Numbered from the stretch's first letter, positions 1 through 8,199 are shown. The stretch: 39,593 bases of DNA from Desulfobacterales bacterium (GCA_037381105.1 JARRRC010000001.1:1-39593), one strand, 5' to 3'. Notes: a model not told the origin generated them from the sequence alone. A program made the numbers and translations.

Positions 1-119
1 TTTGCCGTACCTCCCGCCCCACAATGGGTTATTGCGACTATCTCTGCCGTAATGAGGAAGAAGATAACGCAAACGCACACGGTCGCCTACTTTAAAAATT
101 TTAGACATGACCAACCCCT
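1..119. repeat. Terminal direct repeat, left copy. It is identical to 39475..39593 and marks a circular-assembly overlap or terminal redundancy.
   Basis: Direct comparison: bases 1..119 (tttgccgtacctcccgcccc...atgaccaacccct) equal bases 39475..39593. Base 120 then diverges into new sequence. The repeat holds the 5' end of the minus-strand gene 38881..39588. Confidence 0.95.
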
Positions 120-178
120 AAGATCCTGTCGATTGCTGCTGCGATCATCTTTGCTTACTCCTTTTCTGTTTTCTGGGT

Positions 179-616
179 TTATTTGGATTTCCTGATCGGC
201 GTAACCTTCCCGTCTTCAAGGGGAAGGTTGGCCTGCTTCTGGTTACGCTCTTTGGCGTAGACTCCATCTGTGCCGTCAACGCGGATTTCAGCGGTGCCGG
301 TGTTCGCCACAGGTTCGCGCTTGGCCCGTTTGGTGTCGATGTCAAAGTCGTAGTGAAACAACGTCCGGCTGTCGTCCAGGGGCTTCATGTTGATCTTTAA
401 GACTACCTGGCGGTTGGCGTTGGTCTTGTAGTTGATGTCGGCCATGTTTTCGACGCACTCGATGATCGCTATATCGAGCCCCTCAAGCACCGCGCCGCCG
501 AGCATGTTGATAACTGATAGCTTTTCTCCATCAACCCTCGATTCGATGTACTTTCTTAGTTCTTCTGACATGGTTTTAACCCTCGATTCGATGTACTTTC
601 TTAGTTCTTCTGACAT
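179..616 (-). CDS. Hypothetical early protein whose N-terminus is duplicated by a 45-bp tandem repeat
   Basis: The ORF track gives 179..625 from a TTG start. The first ATG is at 616, with GGAGG (626..630 on the minus strand) 9 nt upstream. The N-terminus reads KTMSEELRKYIESRV twice. I recognised no family. It is the last gene after RecT and the GNAT-like gene in the same operon. Confidence 0.6.
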   Translation of the reverse strand: MSEELRKYIESRVKTMSEELRKYIESRVDGEKLSVINMLGGAVLEGLDIAIIECVENMADINYKTNANRQVVLKINMKPLDDSRTLFHYDFDIDTKRAKREPVANTGTAEIRVDGTDGVYAKERNQKQANLPLEDGKVTPIRKSK

Positions 617-622
617 GGTTTT
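533..622. repeat. Perfect 45-bp tandem duplication (533..577 and 578..622)
   Basis: The unit aaccctcgattcgatgtactttcttagttcttctgacatggtttt occurs twice back to back with no mismatch. It includes the ATG of the minus-strand gene. Confidence 0.95.
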
Positions 623-1131
623 CAACCTCCGTTGTTAATTAATGGCTGTGTGTCATCCCACGCGCCGCTGTTTCTACTCGGCCAGATCCAGCGACGTTTT
701 TTCCCTGGTTGCTCTGCGGCCGCGCGTGGTCTGCTCGGGCGGTCCCACTCACCACCCGCCGTCAGTCCATCATCATAAAATCCAGATGCCCTGAGGCTAG
801 TGCCCGGTTCGCGTTCCAATGTGTAGGTCACGAAACGCCTATAACCAAGCGCTTTGCCAGCTCGCCGCAATGCGCCGTATAAGCGGGAGCATGCATTTAC
901 CTCAATATCAGCCGCAGAAGCAACGCGAATAAACTCAGCGGTTGTCCCGTCCTGTAACATACGGCATGGACGGCCAGCGATTCCTACAGCAACCAGATCT
1001 CCATCGACTTCAAGACCAACCCGGTATAAGTCGCCAACCGGAGGCTTAAGGTGACGATGCGTTGCCCTGATCCATTCACGTGCCGTGCGTTGGGCCACAG
1101 GGACAAGCCTGATTGTTGTTCGGTTGCTCAT
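622..1131 (-). CDS. XF1762-type GNAT-fold protein, a phage family possibly distantly related to Mu Mom
   Basis: 169 aa. The segments AREWIRATHRHLKPPVG, VGIAGRPCRMLQDGTTAEFIRV, NACSRLYGALRRAGKALGYRRFVTYTLEREPGTSLRASGF and GGEWDRPSRPR match the pattern I recall for the prophage XF1762/GNAT-like family. The gene is visibly more GC-rich than its neighbours. Confidence 0.6.
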   Translation of the reverse strand: MSNRTTIRLVPVAQRTAREWIRATHRHLKPPVGDLYRVGLEVDGDLVAVGIAGRPCRMLQDGTTAEFIRVASAADIEVNACSRLYGALRRAGKALGYRRFVTYTLEREPGTSLRASGFYDDGLTAGGEWDRPSRPRAAAEQPGKKRRWIWPSRNSGAWDDTQPLINNGG

Positions 1132-1176
1132 TTTTGGTTACCTGCTTATTTTCCGCCACGGTCAGCATAAAACAAT

Positions 1177-2541
1177 CTAAAATTTGCCATCTATGGAATC
1201 GTTGTTCATGCCTTCCTGGCTATTTCGCAGATCGATCAACGATTCAACTTCCCTGGCCAGCACCTTGCAGTTTTGAATTGAAATATCGCTGATCATTGCC
1301 TTGGGATCGATGCCTTTATTCTTGGCACCCATTTTCCACAGATCCGGCCATTGCTTTTTATACCGGAAACACAGGCTCCTGATTCCGCCGTCTGATTCTT
1401 GGCTTGGTTCCATCGGGGGGCCTTCTTCAGGTGGAGCATCGTCTTCTTGCGGAGGCTGCTCCTCGCCCTTCCCATCATCCAAAATCTCATCCATCGGTAC
1501 GCCGCTTGCCGATGACAGAATCATCTGATGGATAGTCTGATAGTCGTTTTTAGCGGCGAGCTCATCGACTTGGAGCCCCCTTTCCTTAGCAACGCGCTCA
1601 AGGATCTCCTTTTTATCTGGGAAATAACGCTGTTTTACCGGCTCTTCCAGGGGGTTCCATTTCGGCGCTTCGGGACTGGGCTCCTTCTTTGTTTCCTCCT
1701 CGACTTTTTCCAGGCCTTCTTCACTCTCGTTTTCTCCAAGGTCAGAATCTCCTTCGCCAGGAGCTGGAGCATCTTGTTCAGTAGCATCATTTTTCGGGGG
1801 CTCCTGTGTTTTCCCGTAGATATCAGCGGCGGTTTTATCTCCAGGGTCGTTACCGGCCGCGAAGGTGCCGTCTGGCTGCTTGAAAAGGTCGGCGTCGTGG
1901 TGAATGTCTTCCAGCTCCTCAACGGTTGCCATACCCATTTTCAGGTCTGAGTCATGCGTGTTGCAGAAGAAGCTTGCGGCCCGATACATGAACATGAGCT
2001 CAGGCATGGTTTCCCACTTGCTTTTTTGTGGGGTCGACCCTGGCTTGTTGCCGCCCTTTGGCTTATTCCATCCCTCGGCGACGACCATTTTCCAGTCACA
2101 CCATGGGCCGTTTACGCGCTCGTCGGTACCCCTTAAAATGGCATAAGCGCGGCATCCCCATTCAGGCTTGCCCGGCTCCCCTTTCCATTCGTATTTGAGC
2201 TTACCCTCATAGCGGCCTGAATTGTTAACAAGCGCACTTAGAAATTTCCCTTCGAAGCCGGGGCGTCCTTTTACAACATACATGACCTGCATCAATATGA
2301 CCGGATCTGTGTTCATTCGTTCGGCCAGATTGAGGGCGATCATAACGTTACCTATATTGTTTCGAAATTCATCAGGGATAAAAGTTGCTCTTGCCAGCAT
2401 CTGGGCGGCTCTTTGCATCTGCTCGAACTTCGCCACGTTTAAAAATAAGGAGCGCTGATCATTGAGCATTTGCGCCCGCAGTTCAGGCGGTAGCGGCTGG
2501 GTTTTTACAATCTCCGTTGTTTCAGAAGTTGCTTGCGTCAT
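1177..2541 (-). CDS. recT: RecT-family single-strand annealing recombinase with a long acidic, Pro-rich C-terminal extension
   Basis: 454 aa. The N-terminal ~210 aa carries RecT-like blocks (NIGNVMIALNLAERMNTDPVILMQVMYVVKGRPGFEGKFLSALVN; WETMPELMFMYRAASFF). GGAGGA lies 5 nt upstream of the ATG at 2541. The gene overlaps the upstream exonuclease gene by 20 nt. Confidence 0.8.
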   Translation of the reverse strand: MTQATSETTEIVKTQPLPPELRAQMLNDQRSLFLNVAKFEQMQRAAQMLARATFIPDEFRNNIGNVMIALNLAERMNTDPVILMQVMYVVKGRPGFEGKFLSALVNNSGRYEGKLKYEWKGEPGKPEWGCRAYAILRGTDERVNGPWCDWKMVVAEGWNKPKGGNKPGSTPQKSKWETMPELMFMYRAASFFCNTHDSDLKMGMATVEELEDIHHDADLFKQPDGTFAAGNDPGDKTAADIYGKTQEPPKNDATEQDAPAPGEGDSDLGENESEEGLEKVEEETKKEPSPEAPKWNPLEEPVKQRYFPDKKEILERVAKERGLQVDELAAKNDYQTIHQMILSSASGVPMDEILDDGKGEEQPPQEDDAPPEEGPPMEPSQESDGGIRSLCFRYKKQWPDLWKMGAKNKGIDPKAMISDISIQNCKVLAREVESLIDLRNSQEGMNNDSIDGKF

Positions 2542-3418
2542 TGAATTCCTCCATTTCTTCTTCAGTTAAATATTCTTCGTCAAAATAGTGGCCGCTTTCC
2601 AGATCAACTATCTGGTCCGGGTAGCCAGGCCATATGTCATTAGTTAGACAATATACAAGAGTCTGCATATTTTCTTCGTTGTCGAGCTGGGCCCTGTCGA
2701 TCTGGTCACGGGGTACTTTAAAGACGTGGCTTTCGAACGGCGGGTTAACTTCAACTGCGGCAAGATAAAATTCGGAATGTACCAGGCCTGTTACCTGCGT
2801 GAGACCGTCGAGATAAAATGCCCCCTGATTTGCATAGCCAATACGCCGGGCGTTTCTGCAAAAGAACCAGAAACCAGCATCTGCTGTTGATTTTAAATCA
2901 ACCACGGCGCCGGGGGTGCCCTCGCGGATAAAATCTATTTCAGCCTTGCACCACAATCCTGTGCTTAAATCCTGCCAGACAACGACTTTGTGACGGTAGC
3001 CGGGCCCGTTAAAGATCTCGGAAAATCTTTCCTTATTAAATGCGGCTTCGGCCATGGCTATGGTGTTTTTGTAGTCCTCGGCGGTTAAAATAAGCCTGTC
3101 ACTGTTTGCCTCGGCCCAGTCCTTATACTTATTACTGTTGCGATGATAGCCCGGATCGATAACAACTGCTTGGTCCAGCGCATCGCGTCCGCCTAAAATT
3201 AGAATATCAAACGCTTTGCCTCTATCAAATGATTTTTGCAATTGAGCGGAAACAGGCTTTTTATATTCGAACGATGCCTTAAAATGGGCGGCGCTTTTTC
3301 TTAGCGGCTTTAATTCAGAGGATCTTAGAGCGGGGATGGATGCATATTGCTCGTAGGATTCCAAGTCATAGATTCCCTGATTCCAGCCTTCCGGTTGTTC
3401 AAGATAATTAGGAACCAT
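2522..3418 (-). CDS. PD-(D/E)xK exonuclease, RecE/DUF3799-like, the partner of RecT
   Basis: The nuclease core is KAEIDFIREGTPGAVVDLKST followed by QGAFYLDGL. The ATG is at 3418 with an AGGA about 9 nt upstream; the ORF track starts at a TTG at 3427. The gene sits immediately upstream of recT. Confidence 0.7.
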   Translation of the reverse strand: MVPNYLEQPEGWNQGIYDLESYEQYASIPALRSSELKPLRKSAAHFKASFEYKKPVSAQLQKSFDRGKAFDILILGGRDALDQAVVIDPGYHRNSNKYKDWAEANSDRLILTAEDYKNTIAMAEAAFNKERFSEIFNGPGYRHKVVVWQDLSTGLWCKAEIDFIREGTPGAVVDLKSTADAGFWFFCRNARRIGYANQGAFYLDGLTQVTGLVHSEFYLAAVEVNPPFESHVFKVPRDQIDRAQLDNEENMQTLVYCLTNDIWPGYPDQIVDLESGHYFDEEYLTEEEMEEFNDASNF

Positions 3419-3450
3419 TTTTATCAATCCTGTATTTGTTTTGTATTATT

Positions 3451-3490
3451 TCTTGACAGACTCTATACAATTTGATATCTCTTGTCAAGA
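3451..3490. promoter_or_regulatory. Early switch region with overlapping divergent sigma70-like promoters built on an 8-bp inverted repeat (TCTTGACA, 24 nt, TGTCAAGA)
   Basis: Plus strand: TTGACA at 3453..3458, a 17-nt spacer, then TATCTC at 3476..3481 preceded by TG. Minus strand: TTGACA at 3488..3483, a 17-nt spacer, then TAGAGT. Each -35 element lies over the other promoter's start region. The first rightward gene encodes an RHH protein. Confidence 0.45.
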
Positions 3491-3514
3491 TAAAAAAAGG
3501 AGGAAATAACTTAT

Positions 3515-3694
3515 ATGCGAGAAATACAAATAACATTCTGGGTCTATCCGGACGAAAAGGAACGATTCCAAAAAGCTGCGGATCTGCACTCACACGCCCA
3601 GGCAGGCAAAGGGAACCTTTCACAGTTTATCAGGGCATCGATTCACAAGGAAGCCGATGGACTCTTAGGGGATGCTCATGAAAAAGCCGAGTAA
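3515..3694 (+). CDS. Small ribbon-helix-helix (CopG/Arc-like) DNA-binding protein, 59 aa, below the ORF-track size cut-off
   Basis: Manual translation gives MREIQITFWVYPDEKERFQKAADLHSHAQAGKGNLSQFIRASIHKEADGLLGDAHEKAE. The layout is beta-strand (ITFWV), helix (EKERFQKAA), then GNLSQFIRASI. A strong AAGGAGG RBS (about 3497..3503) lies about 11 nt upstream. Confidence 0.6.
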   Translation: MREIQITFWVYPDEKERFQKAADLHSHAQAGKGNLSQFIRASIHKEADGLLGDAHEKAE

Positions 3695-3983
3695 CATTAC
3701 CGGGCTACCGGAACCAAAAGAGGCTGATATCACAAGGTCGATCAGGTACTATCTCAAATCGAGGAACATATTTCATTTCAAGCAATGGCAGGGCCTGGGA
3801 TCGGCGAAGGGAGTCTCTGATATCATTGGTATTTTTAACGGAAGGTTTCTTGCCATAGAAGTAAAGACCAAAAAAGGAAAGCTCTCAGACTACCAGCAAG
3901 CTTTTATTGACAAGGTAAACATCGAGGGCGGTATAGCTTTTGTGGCAAGGTCGGTGTCTGATGTAATCAACCATTTAGAATAG
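3678..3983 (+). CDS. VRR-NUC domain nuclease
   Basis: GVSDIIGIFNGRFLAIEVKTKKGKLSDYQQAFI fits the VRR-NUC PD-(D/E)xK signature (D...E-V-K...Q). AGGGGA lies 5 nt before the ATG at 3678. The gene overlaps the end of the RHH gene. Confidence 0.75.
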   Translation: MKKPSNITGLPEPKEADITRSIRYYLKSRNIFHFKQWQGLGSAKGVSDIIGIFNGRFLAIEVKTKKGKLSDYQQAFIDKVNIEGGIAFVARSVSDVINHLE

Positions 3984-3993
3984 AGGCGACAGG

Positions 3994-5346
3994 ATGGAAA
4001 TCTTTTTAATAAATTATGATAACGGCAGCCGGTGGCCGGTCCTTCCGCAAAATCTTTTTCATTTATATTCGTGCATTGAAGATATCGGCGGGCATGATAT
4101 CTCCATTTTGGATTTTAATTTCTCAAGAATACCACCATATGAAGTTTTACACCAAGAAGAACCTGGCGTCGTCGCCCTCGGGTTTATCTCCGGGTACTGG
4201 CCGCACCAGGAAGCATTAAAGATAGCCGAAGTCATTAAAAACCACCCCAATAGAGATTCAATTCATTTTGTTATCGGCGGGCATGGGCCAAGCGCAGACC
4301 CCCTTTATTATTTAGAGAAACTCGGGGCAGATGCTGTTTTTACAGGATCTGCTGACAACAGCTTTCCATTGTGGCTCAAGAATGGAATGAAACCAGGGAT
4401 TTATGAGAGCCTCGGCTACAATATGGATGTATCTCAATATTATGGCGGCTTTGTTGGCTTTGATGTCTATAAAAGAATCCGCTTCCCCAACACAAAAGAA
4501 AACGAATTTGCTATCCAAATACTATCCGGGCGCGGCTGCCCATATAATTGTGCATTTTGCTTCCGCATGGGCTGCGACTTTTTGCGCTATGATGTCGCCA
4601 ATGTCATAAAAGATATCAAACGCTATGCCATAGAAGACGGCATCAGGCATTTCCAGTTTTCCGACGAGCTTTTAATGATATCCCCATCTATAACGAAAGA
4701 ATGGTGCCGTGCCCTCCAGGATCTGCAAGAGGAAATAGGCATCGATCTTTTCTTCGATTGCAACGGTCGCCTTAATGTCGCTGCAGGAGATCATGACGTG
4801 CTCAGGATGATGAAGGCAACCGGATTTCGCTATATTAATTACGGCTGCGAGTCCATGAGCCAGGAAGCCTTAAACAATATCAACAAGAAGCAGACAGTCG
4901 AACAGATCAGGGACGGTGTTGAGGCTACGATAAAAAATGGCATGACGCCGGGTCTTAATTTTATGTGGGGCAATCCAGGCGATGATTTTGGAAGCCTGAT
5001 GGATGCACAGAAATTTATAGTCGGTCATTCTGACGGCACGGAGCTTAGAACGATACGACCTGTCACGCCATACCCGGGAACAGAGCTTTTTAATATGCTT
5101 GTCGCAGAAGGAAGATGCACCGGGATTGATGATTTCTATGATCATCATGTTAACTCAGATCTTTTCTCTTATCATTTCATGGACGGCATCACGAACGAAG
5201 AAGCAAACCGAATGTTGTGCGGCGCGAATAAATATATATATGATAATTATATTGATAACAAGCAGTCGCGGCAATATGGGGAGATGCTTAAATTCTACTC
5301 AGGAGAAGTCGACCCATTGACTTTCAGAGGGTTTAGGGAGGTATAA
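3994..5346 (+). CDS. Radical SAM enzyme with an N-terminal B12-binding-like (class B) domain
   Basis: 450 aa. The CxxxCxxC cluster motif is in SGRGCPYNCAFCF. The N-terminal ~140 aa looks Rossmann-like (VVALGFISGYW...HFVIGGHGPS), as in cobalamin-type radical SAM proteins. Confidence 0.8.
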   Translation: MEIFLINYDNGSRWPVLPQNLFHLYSCIEDIGGHDISILDFNFSRIPPYEVLHQEEPGVVALGFISGYWPHQEALKIAEVIKNHPNRDSIHFVIGGHGPSADPLYYLEKLGADAVFTGSADNSFPLWLKNGMKPGIYESLGYNMDVSQYYGGFVGFDVYKRIRFPNTKENEFAIQILSGRGCPYNCAFCFRMGCDFLRYDVANVIKDIKRYAIEDGIRHFQFSDELLMISPSITKEWCRALQDLQEEIGIDLFFDCNGRLNVAAGDHDVLRMMKATGFRYINYGCESMSQEALNNINKKQTVEQIRDGVEATIKNGMTPGLNFMWGNPGDDFGSLMDAQKFIVGHSDGTELRTIRPVTPYPGTELFNMLVAEGRCTGIDDFYDHHVNSDLFSYHFMDGITNEEANRMLCGANKYIYDNYIDNKQSRQYGEMLKFYSGEVDPLTFRGFREV

Positions 5347-5349
5347 AAG

Positions 5350-6168
5350 ATGTTGGGAATCAGCACGATAAACATAGAGTTGACAAGCCGCTGTAACAAG
5401 AAATGCCACATGTGCGGCCGCCGCAAGCTGGAGAAAGAAAACCTTGATTATGAATCAACGATGGGCGATATGGAGTGGAATACTTTTGCTAAAATAGTAG
5501 AACAGATTGAGGCCGGCATGGTCGTTCAACTCCACTGGAATGGGGAGCCGACACTTTCTAATTTTCTTTTTGCTGCAAGCTGTACTATAAGAGGCATGGG
5601 TGCATTCGCTTGCATGGATACAAATGGTCTTTTGTTGGGTAAAAAAGCTGATGACCTGGAACATTTCTCTTCCATAACAGTTTCCGTAATCCAGGGAGAT
5701 TCACAAGAGAATTATGATCGACAGATGGCGCAGATTAGGTTCTTTATGGAGACGAATAGATTTCTCGGTTTTTTCCCACAACAGAAAATAAACATCCGCG
5801 CCCTGGGAGAAATCCCGCTTTCTTTTTATCAACTCGCCGGAGAGTACGGGATCGATATCATCCCACGTATATTTCATGCGCCGGAAATGAGCAGAGACTA
5901 TCAAAAACAAGTAACCATGCCGGAAATAGGCGTTTGCCTCGACCTGCTGCATCACCCTGCCATAGACCGCCATGGGAACCTATTCCCTTGTGTGCGCTTT
6001 AACCCTGAAGGGCTAAACTGCCTCGGTAATGTCAATGAACACAGTATAGCAGACCTTTTATCCGGTGAGATCCGCACGGAAATGATCAGAAAACACTTTG
6101 AAGGTAGGCGCAACGAGGTCCCTCTTTGCAATACCTGCCACTATTGGGGTCTTCCGACAGCCCCTTAA
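5350..6168 (+). CDS. Small radical SAM enzyme with a C-terminal SPASM/twitch-like Cys cluster
   Basis: 272 aa. The N-terminal motif is ELTSRCNKKCHMCGR (CxxxCxxC). C-terminal cysteines occur in GVCLDLL, LFPCVRFNP, LNCLGNV and PLCNTCHYWG. The gap to the preceding radical SAM gene is 3 nt. Confidence 0.75.
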   Translation: MLGISTINIELTSRCNKKCHMCGRRKLEKENLDYESTMGDMEWNTFAKIVEQIEAGMVVQLHWNGEPTLSNFLFAASCTIRGMGAFACMDTNGLLLGKKADDLEHFSSITVSVIQGDSQENYDRQMAQIRFFMETNRFLGFFPQQKINIRALGEIPLSFYQLAGEYGIDIIPRIFHAPEMSRDYQKQVTMPEIGVCLDLLHHPAIDRHGNLFPCVRFNPEGLNCLGNVNEHSIADLLSGEIRTEMIRKHFEGRRNEVPLCNTCHYWGLPTAP

Positions 6169-6184
6169 AAAAGAAAGGACAACC

Positions 6185-6946
6185 ATGAACGCAGACACAG
6201 ACAAAGATCTTATCGAAAAATACAATCAGGTCTATGCGGACGGAGAAGAAAAATTCTGGACGTTTCTGCCGGTTGAAGAGCGCCTGGCTATACTTAGAAA
6301 TATTGATCTGCAGGGGAAAACGGTGCTTGAAATAGGCTGTGGCACTGGTGATTTCGCCGCCTGGATGGCATCCTGTGGGGCTAAATTGGTTGTTGCGGCT
6401 GACGCAAGCGGAGCTGCTATCCAAGCAGCCTGCGGGAAATATTGTTTGTCAAATCTTGTCTTTTATGCTTCAGAGCTTAAAATGCTCGGCAATCATAAGG
6501 AATATGATTTTATCGTCATGGTAGGAGTGCTTGAACACTTCAACAATCCAGACGACACAATAGGTTATATCGTCAAGAACATCATGTCCAAAGGTTCCCG
6601 CCTGGTGATAACCTGCCCCCTGTTTATAAATCCCCGTGGCTTTATCTGGGTCGCTCTTAAATATCTTTTCGATGCCCCTATGAGCCTTACCGACAAACAT
6701 GAAATAAGCCCCAACTGGATAAGAAAGATAGCCAAAAAATATGGCCTAAAAACAATCCACACGGAATCGGTTGATTTCAACTGGGGATGCGGGGATAAAA
6801 TGATTTTCGATTATTCCCAAAGACTTCCGAAGGTTTTTCCCGATATGGATGATGAAAAGATAAACAAGATGCTATCATGGCTTAAAGAAAATAAAGAATA
6901 TTTCCAGGGGCTGGGGGCGAACGCGCTTTATATATTGGGAAAGTGA
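6185..6946 (+). CDS. Class I SAM-dependent methyltransferase
   Basis: Motif I is VLEIGCGTGDFAAW, followed by VVAADAS and FIVMVGVLEHF. The ATG at 6185 is preceded by AAAGAAAGGA. The ORF-track start at 6098 would overlap the upstream gene. Confidence 0.8.
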   Translation: MNADTDKDLIEKYNQVYADGEEKFWTFLPVEERLAILRNIDLQGKTVLEIGCGTGDFAAWMASCGAKLVVAADASGAAIQAACGKYCLSNLVFYASELKMLGNHKEYDFIVMVGVLEHFNNPDDTIGYIVKNIMSKGSRLVITCPLFINPRGFIWVALKYLFDAPMSLTDKHEISPNWIRKIAKKYGLKTIHTESVDFNWGCGDKMIFDYSQRLPKVFPDMDDEKINKMLSWLKENKEYFQGLGANALYILGK

Positions 6947-6953
6947 GGCCGAG

Positions 6954-7346
6954 ATGAATAAATCACAAATAGCAGAAATAGTTCTTGATGTGCGTTCGCT
7001 TTGGCAGATTTATTATGTCGAAGGGATTATCGCATCAAAGTATATTAAGTTATACCGGCTTTGGGGCATGAAGTCAGAGATTGCGGAATTGGCAGGCCTT
7101 TGCAGGAGCATCAAACACGGATGCCCGCTTTGTGAATATTTCTTTAATGAGGACAGTGAGTGTGAAAGATGTCCGTTGGATTGGCCAAGAAAAGGTCCTG
7201 ATCATATACCCTGCGAACGTGAAAAGTCCCCTTATTATTTTTGGAAAAAAGCGAAAACGATCAAGCAAGCACGGTCCGCTTGCGACGGCATGATCGAGCT
7301 ATGTGAGAAGTGGCTCGATGAGAATGGTATCGAATACGAAAAGTAA
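6954..7346 (+). CDS. Cys-rich hypothetical protein (CPLC...CERCP...C...C...C), possibly a zinc or Fe-S binder
   Basis: 130 aa containing LCRSIKHGCPLCEYFFNEDSECERCPLDWPRKGPDHIPCE. It is tightly packed behind the methyltransferase gene. I recognised no family. Confidence 0.55.
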   Translation: MNKSQIAEIVLDVRSLWQIYYVEGIIASKYIKLYRLWGMKSEIAELAGLCRSIKHGCPLCEYFFNEDSECERCPLDWPRKGPDHIPCEREKSPYYFWKKAKTIKQARSACDGMIELCEKWLDENGIEYEK

Positions 7347-7372
7347 CGGCTAACCATGCAGGAGGTTTTAAA

Positions 7373-7942
7373 ATGAATGAGCAACAAGCAATCATACGTC
7401 TTTTGCAAGAAATCTGCGATCTTTTTAAAAAACTAATATTCTGCGTGGCCTTATTTGGAGGATGCATATTTTTCCTAATTCTTCTTGGCGGGTGCTCAGG
7501 ATACACCTATAACGGGATAAGAGGAGAAGATTTTCAACACCCTACCCTGGAAATGGCGGCCGGTGTCGGGACAGCATTCGTTGTCCATGCTGCCGGGCAT
7601 TTCGTGGCGATGGCTATAATGGGGCATGAGCTCCACTTCGAAGGCCTCAGCGAAATAACAAATGACGAACTTACCGATTCTGAGGCGGCGTGGTTCGGAC
7701 GTGCGGGGTTCCTTACTGCAAATGGCGTCGGTTGGGCGGCAAAAGCACTCGGCGCTAAAGGAAAATTCTGGCGTGGCTATAACGCCGGAGTTGCCTTTGA
7801 GACTGCAACATACCCGATGTGGGATAATGTGCGCGGAGAAGGTGACGACCTGAAGATGATCGACCGCCATGGTTACGGGAGCTTGGAATGGGGGATGTGG
7901 TCGGCTTCTTCAATAGGTCTTAACTTTGAGCTGGAAAAATAA
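7373..7942 (+). CDS. Putative lipoprotein or membrane protein
   Basis: The N-terminal hydrophobic stretch ends in a lipobox-like LLGGC|SGY. AGGAGG lies upstream of the ATG at 7373. I recognised no family. Confidence 0.55.
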   Translation: MNEQQAIIRLLQEICDLFKKLIFCVALFGGCIFFLILLGGCSGYTYNGIRGEDFQHPTLEMAAGVGTAFVVHAAGHFVAMAIMGHELHFEGLSEITNDELTDSEAAWFGRAGFLTANGVGWAAKALGAKGKFWRGYNAGVAFETATYPMWDNVRGEGDDLKMIDRHGYGSLEWGMWSASSIGLNFELEK

Positions 7943-7968
7943 ATCAATAGAATTAAGGGAGGATTATC

Positions 7969-8199
7969 ATGTTTAGTAAATCGGAAAAGCAGTTCATCGC
8001 GGCAGAGATTGAAAAAATTCTACTTGATCTCAATCACCCTGAAATGCCGATGGAAAGACCGAAATTCATCCTCCACGTTGATGGCGCAGAACCGTGGTCA
8101 TGGGCCGACATACAACCCAATTGGGTGTATAAAAACAAGGAGCCGGGCGTAAACCCGTGGAACGAAATGGTTGGTTTACGCGATAAACGGGAGCCTTGA
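7969..8199 (+). CDS. Hypothetical protein
   Basis: 76-aa ORF with a strong RBS (AAGGGAGGA, 5 nt before the ATG). Confidence 0.55.
   Translation: MFSKSEKQFIAAEIEKILLDLNHPEMPMERPKFILHVDGAEPWSWADIQPNWVYKNKEPGVNPWNEMVGLRDKREP

Noticed and set aside
145-345. 66-aa minus-strand ORF overlapping gene 179..616
   Set aside because: It lies in an alternative frame of a better-supported gene, has P/R/K/T-rich low-complexity composition and has no RBS. It is a shadow ORF.
1293-2458. Multiple 60-140-aa ORFs on both strands inside recT (e.g. 1528..1950 +, 1635..1922 -)
   Set aside because: They lie entirely within the RecT coding region and have biased composition with no translation signals. They are shadow ORFs of an acidic, low-complexity coding stretch.
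7373-7942. HAAGH / GHELH strings as a possible metalloprotease (HExxH) site in the lipoprotein
   Set aside because: Neither string is a true HExxH: HAAGH lacks the Glu and HELH has the wrong spacing. There is no supporting third ligand motif.
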